Origin: Kudoa neothunni
Taxonomy: Eukaryota > Animalia > Cnidaria
Length of the DNA stretch: 64,000 nt
NCBI GenBank assembly: GCA_964304625.1
Contig: OZ199840.1
Span: 9,222,882-9,286,881 of the forward strand
Reading direction: 5' to 3'
Made by a program: the position numbers and the translations under genes
Shown here: positions 57,862 through 64,000 of the stretch, piece after piece
Numbering within the stretch: position 1 is the first letter of the stretch
How the letters are laid out: every line of letters starts with the position of its first letter
The notes under the pieces: generated by a model
What the model was told of the DNA's origin: nothing
Seen by the model: only the letters and a program-made list of their open reading frames with translations
Databases searched by the model: none

Positions 57862-58194
57862 ATTTTAATTTTTGTTCATTTATTTTATTTCGTGTATAAT
57901 CCTTTTGATCTAAAAAATACGTGTTATTTATATAAATGTAAATTTGTCTTAAATATTAATTGGAAACTAGAAAAAATAAGGGGGGGAAATGCGTACATAT
58001 TTTAAATAGTAGGGTAGGGGGTCGTGATTTTTAAGCTCATCTCCTTACGATTTGTTGTGGTTAATGTATATTTCTTCCGCATTCGATATATTTGATTGGT
58101 TAGTTCCTGACAATATTTTTGATAGTCAAAATTTGGGAGATATTTTGTACCTTAGATCAACGCAACATGACTTAATATGTATTATTCCTATCAA

Positions 58195-58333
58195 TTTTAT
58201 CTTCTTTCTAGATAAATAAAGATTTTATCTTCTTTCTAGATAAATAAAGATTTTATCTTCTTTCTAGATAAATAAAGATTTTATCTTCTTTCTAGATAAA
58301 TAAAGATTTTATCTTCTTTCTAGATAAATAAAG
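58195..58333. repeat. 28-bp tandem repeat TTTTATCTTCTTTCTAGATAAATAAAGA, 5 copies
   Basis: Direct reading; units are contiguous with no spacers. Confidence 0.92.
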
Positions 58334-58564
58334 TGTATATTTGGAGGCGTTGTGAAGCTTTACTTTGAACGCAAATATACTGAAAGATACGCTTTTTTCT
58401 GCGATTTCAAAACATACAGAACTAATTATTTGTTACGACCAAATACATTCTTCTATAAATCTCAATTTCTCTTATACCATATCCACAGACTTTATTATTA
58501 TTATTATTATTTTATTTTCGATCTGTGTATGAGTTAATTGATTGTTAATCCAAACAAAGTTAGT

Positions 58565-61500
58565 TTATATGGTGTGAAGGTATAAATTGGTGTAATTAAA
58601 TTTGGAAAACGAAGGATTGGGATTGTCTAAAATCAAAATTTTTGGATAATTAATTACGGGAATTGGTAAAGTTTTTATTTTGTAAACAGAGGAGAAATAC
58701 TCAACAGTTCCATCCAATTGTATAATCACCTGTATTGAAAGAGACTCGCTTATCAATTTTGATGGATGGTCAAGATATAATTCATTCTCTAAGTTAGGGT
58801 AGAATTATGTTCATAGAAATAGAAATCATGATAAGTAGTTTGTCTCCTCTACCAACGTTCACTTCAACCTAAGTAGGGGCATATGGAGCGTTTTTAAACG
58901 AAAATATCTGTTTTTAACTAAAAAAAGAAAAGAATGATTTTCTCATCATTGTAAAGATAGATATTGACTAGAAGGCATAGAAATAAAGTTTTTCCAGGCT
59001 TATTACTGATTACTGCTATTTAATATGTTTGCTGTTTTTTTTAAGATATATGTTTATTTTTTACACTGAAAGATTGTAGTCAGTGAATGCTCACAGCGTA
59101 AACCTTGTTATTCTATATTTTCCTTTTGAGCATATAGAATTTTTCGTGAAATATTAAAATTTGGGTCCCATAAAAATGTAATATTATATTCTTTACTTTC
59201 AAATATTTAATATTCTGAAAATAATGCTTTAATTGCATTATCTATAATATTAGAAACATAATTTTTTAAAAATACTTGACAATTATAAATTTAAATACAA
59301 GTGAATGTATTTTTTGGATTAAATTAATTAGTATATGTAATAAGATACTTAATTATTAGTATTTTTAACATAAGAAAGAATTGCATTATGTATTTTGAGC
59401 GTTGAAATGAAGACTAATAAGGTGTATTTTAACAATGAAATATTCATAAAAACTCAACAAATAATCCCAATTTTTGCTGCCGCAAACGATTAAATTTTCG
59501 TAAGCCTTTAAATAAATATGACCTGTTTAGTCTATGAATAATAGCATTTAAAAATAATATAATTGATTGTTCTGTGTAAAATCTAGTGCTTTCTTTTACC
59601 ATTGTATTTTAAACGAATATTCCCCTTATTAAATACTTTTAATTAATAATGTCTATTTATTTTTAAAAATTCCCTAACATTTAAGGATTAAATGATAGAA
59701 TTTTGCATATTTTTAGTTAGATAAAAATGATGATACGAAATTTCGTAACTTTTTATATCACGGAATAAAATTCATTATTTCCAAAATTGCATAACTTATT
59801 ATTGAAGAATTATTTGAATTAAAGTAGAATGTCCCATTATAGAAAATCTATTTAACCCTCCACCGGGCTTTGGGGTAAAAAAGACCCCAGATTTTTTTAA
59901 ATTTATGTATGCAGAAAATTATTATAAACTTATGAGGGAAATATGGGAAAATTCTGCCTAAGTAACGCTGAGAAAATAATCAATTATTTCATAATTAATC
60001 TTCAGTCATCCTCTTCGGCAAGATTAAGCAGATATCGCGATAAATCGTTTTTATAACGTATAATATGTTTAGTCTTATTTGAAATAACGAAAAATAACGT
60101 TTTAGCGACAAATAAAATATAAAATATTTTCAAGGGTCCCTAATAAATTTGGTTTATAATAGCTAGCAATTTAGACATTTATTTGACGAATGGGCGCGAC
60201 AGTAGGAACTTCCACATTTTGAGCATTTGGATGAGGTTTCCTTATCGTTTTCACGAGGACAATGTTCACATCTTTGTTTAGAAGTATTTGAATCTACAAA
60301 GTTGTATGAGATCTTTTTGAACATTTTTTCATTTGGGAATTTTTTAAAAAAGAAGTTTATACAACTCTCTAACCATTTTTTTCAGAAAATCACATCTCAA
60401 TTTCATGAGATCGTTAAATATGTGTTTATATAGACAAAATGAATTTATCAAAGTCAAATCCAACATATTATAAAAGACCACCATAGGCCAGCGTCGATTA
60501 AATCTGCGGACCGAGACGGAAGCCAACATCCGATCCACGGTATCTACTCCTCCTTTGGAACCATTATAATCCACTGTTGTTTCAGGCTTTTGTTTATGTG
60601 TATCGTTGGTTATGTTGGTGTTGGTTGTTCCTGAGGATAGGAGAATCACTGCTCTTCTTTTTTTGTTGACATATGAAGTGATCATATATTTATCAAAAAA
60701 TATAAACATAGTGCTGAATAAGGATCGATTTCTACACGGAAGAACACACGGTGGTAAATCTCTCTTATTGTGTCGAATTGTTCCAAGATATGTCAGACGT
60801 TTGTCTAACAGCTTCTCGGCTAGTCTAAGGGAAGAGAAAAAATTATCTGCAACTATAGTTCTTCCTGAGTTATACAAGGGAGCTGTAAGGGAACGCACAA
60901 TATTCTCACCAACACCATAGTTTTGACTAGCTTGAGTTCCGTTCTTTCCTAGATAGGGAGAAATGTTTACAACATATCTGTGGACTGGATCGACAGCTAG
61001 GAAAAACTTTAGGCCATATTTCGCCGGCTTCATCGGCATATATTGTCTAAATGAGCATCTTCCTCTAAACGAGACTAACTGCTCGTCAACGGTAACATTT
61101 TCACCGGGGAAAAACATATAGGTAGAGTCTGGATCCACATGTTCCATATGTTGCGAATTGGACAAAATTTATCCAATTCTCTTCTTTCAGATCTGGTGCT
61201 TGGATTATCAAAATGAATAATACATCGTAGAATTTGGTGAAAACGATTAAATGAAAAGATTTCGCGATACATCTCTCTCCCTTCCTTTATACTAAACATT
61301 TCTAAAAGAGGTTGCTCTCTGTCTTTGTAGACAGCCATCAAAATTAGTGTTCCGAAAAATCCTCTTAATTCAATGTCGTCTAAATCATTCCATAAATCAG
61401 AAAAGTGTAATTTCCCGTGAACCTTTGTTTGTTTGTTTGTTTTATTATTTCCTGGCAAATTTCATCAGTGAAGAATATAAAAAAACAGTCCAACACGTTT

Positions 61501-63940
61501 TTGACTCTTTGCATGCAATAAGCTGTTGGCTCAGGACGAGGATTCATAATATTCTCCTTCAGCATTTTTGATGGAGGTGGCTTATTCAATGTCCAAAGTA
61601 TTCCACTTTTGCTTGTCGTAGAATCCGCAGGATGTTCGCAATCTGATGTGTCATCGGATTCTTCGGAATATTCAAGAATCGTGTCATTAATGTCGCTATT
61701 TAAAGGTTGATATTCATCGCTAAAATCCCCAGACGGTGCCATGATTATCTCAATGTGCGCAACAAACGATAAAATTGGTGTATATTTCACGTTAACTCTC
61801 ATATACGGTCCTAAGGCTTAAATTATCTATAGCTTATTTTGTAGGGGATTATTTATTGCTAGCATACGGGGGTAATATGTTAATTTTGTTTGTATTTAGC
61901 TAATAAACATTGACCTTGCGGTATTCATATAAACGATGGTTACGATATGTTGCGATTACACACTTAATCGGATTACGGCAGATTATATTGATTAATACTT
62001 GCTGAATTTGACAGTATTTATTAGGCAGATTTTTTTTTAAATTTCCAAATCATCTTATAACAATTTTCTACATACATCAAATCAAAAAAAATCTGGGGTC
62101 TTTTTTACCCCAAAGCCCGTTGGAAGATAAAAATTTTGTTCGATAAGAAATAATCAATATTCCACATAAAGATTTTTATAAATCTATTTATTAAAAAAAT
62201 TTTGTGTATACATTTTAAAAAATGATAAATATTCACGGTCAAATACCAAATGAGGTTGTAATAACATTAATCATTGTTTTAAGGCTATTACAAAATTTAA
62301 AAATGAAATAATTGGAAAATATGATAAGAACTCGAAGTAAAATTTTTAATTATTATCAAAGCAAGCTAAAGTTAAACATGATATAAATACAGTATTTCAA
62401 GATCAAAACCCAATCATCCGTAGCGTAGGAAAAACTCATAGAATTATGTCTCGAATTTTTCTTAATAAATGCTATAATTAAAGATACAATCCTAAAAATG
62501 TATAATTGAGATAAACATAAAAAATCTAGCCATGGATCTGATCAATTTGTGCAATAATTAGCATCTTTTTAAACAAAATATATACAACAAATTTTCCAAT
62601 TTAAATTCTAGTCGTTTATATAGACGAATCGGGGGGTTTTGTTTCAACGAGAAGATCGTTTGGTAGAGCGATTTCTGAGATTGGAGCGAATTTCATAATT
62701 TAAAAAGTCCAATTTAACAATATAACATTGATTTCAGTCGTAAACTGAGAAAGAATCTAGATCATTAAGATGGAACGTGAATCTGTAAACCAACATATAT
62801 TTTATGTTTTCACCAGTAAATTATTAAATAATTATTTACTGATGAATAAATCAAAACAACTATCATTGTTATAGACAATTCTAGATTCCATCACACCAAT
62901 TTAATTATGGAACTAATTCAGACGAACAATCATAAGCATCCGTTTTTTCCATTATATTCGTCATTTCTTAATCCTACCAAGGAGTTATCTCATCAATTAA
63001 AAACAACTTAAACGAATAAGTCGCCAAAAAATTAATAAGAAATGCTAAACATTATTATGGCGAGTCCCTAGAAGTTATCTCACCGAACTGTCTTAATTAT
63101 TCGAACCACGCTGAATCCTATTTCAAAGATGTTTCAATAAATAATTAAAATAATTCATTTACTAAGAGAGTTGCATTTAGATCTTGAAATACTGTATAAT
63201 AAAAGCTATTAGAACCGATACTTCATTACTCTTATTTAATGACAACTTTAATTAAATTATGTATATATAAGGACGGAGACACTATTGTTTGGATAATATT
63301 AAAAAAATGATGTGATGTAAATAATTTAATATTTTTAGGTTACTTCTAGGCTGTTGCTTTGTTGCAAAGAAATTTAATAGTGAATTGTGTGTACGTCATT
63401 TTAAAATCGCATAAAATGCTATTTATAAATAATATACATGTCTCATTTTTTAGAATACGCTATAGTTAATTATTTCCGGTCAACAGTAATTAAATATAGT
63501 TGAAGCTGTTGATACCTGATTACTATGGTACATAACAATAATTACTTCGTAAATTTAAATCTACCGTAGTTAGCTTCAGAATGCTGAATTTTATTATTAT
63601 ATATGATAATAAACATCATCAATAAATTCATAACTAAATTGATGAAGCTTAATACTTCAAAAGAATCCAAGCTAAGAACTAATGGTTTAGTTATTTTTAG
63701 AGAGTAATATTTGATGTCAGCTTTCAAAACGTGATAAATAAACTGTAAGCCCGAAACGAAGTATTTTGTCTTAGTTTTCACTGATTATTAATTACTATTT
63801 AATCATGCGATTTTTTGATTTTTTTACTACCATAGGATTATTAATCATTCAAATTATCATCACCTCATAGCTTACTCAGAATCGAATTCTTCACTATATC
63901 GTTTTTCTCATCACTGCTGAATTTCCGTAATAGAGAATCT
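58565..63940 (-). CDS. Possible multi-exon gene entering from the window end, unknown product; the piggyBac would lie in its intron
   Basis: Exon-like open segments with AG/GT edges at ~63870-63940, 63542-63781, 62600-62790 and 58565-58790; no family recognised. Confidence 0.25.
59856..62127 (-). mobile_element. Near-complete piggyBac transposon (family A)
   Basis: TTAA(59852-59855)+CCCTCC; ~70-bp inverted repeats containing GGGCTTTGGGGTAAAAAAGACCCCAGATTTTTTT at both ends; outermost terminus on the 62.1-kb side is degenerate. Confidence 0.92.
60163..61742 (-). CDS. piggyBac transposase (PGBD4-like) with three frameshifts
   Basis: MAPSGDFSDE start; VTVDEQL, IVADNFFS, KGGVDTVD (DDD triad intact); KPAKYGLK; C-terminal CEHC...CSKC...YCRAH...CLNC* cysteine-rich domain. 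Confidence 0.88.
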
Positions 63941-64000
63941 ACAATGAAAATTAAAAAAAGTACCATAACATGAGTTAAAATTCTTAAATTTGGATTCTAA

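Noticed and set aside
58195-58333. CRISPR-like 28-bp repeat
   Set aside because: Units are contiguous with no spacers, the context is eukaryotic and there are no cas genes

Overview
Eukaryotic, very AT-rich, gene-dense genomic DNA with many short (about 40-80 nt) GT-AG introns and strongly diverged metazoan-type proteins. This fits a compact, fast-evolving animal genome such as a parasitic lineage (myxozoan-like); the lineage is inferred, not proven. Recognisable genes in order: MPHOSPH6 (-), RNMT (+), a tropomyosin-like coiled coil (+), a PPM1E/F-like PP2C (-), DHX38/PRP16 (+), a membrane guanylyl cyclase (+) with an intron-containing tRNA-Ile(UAU) nested antisense in one intron, an orphan mitochondrial-type protein (-), a PC1/3-furin convertase (+), CDP-DAG synthase (-), two tandem FTSJ1/TRM7 paralogs (-), PURA (+), and BLOC1S1 (-) / INO80E (+) head to head. 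Intergenic space is filled with piggyBac elements (one near-complete, one dead, several TTAA MITE families), hAT relics and minisatellites. Single-base indels in essential genes show the assembly is unpolished, so every frameshift needs caution. The most interesting signals are: (1) an NRF1-like GCGCnnGCGC motif just upstream of most housekeeping genes, including a bidirectional pair whose ATGs are only 39 nt apart; (2) a receptor guanylyl cyclase with essentially no ectodomain and a TIGD->TIGS change at a metal-binding Asp; (3) tandem diverged TRM7 paralogs; (4) piggyBac families sharing a GGGGT-N7-ACCCC end palindrome.
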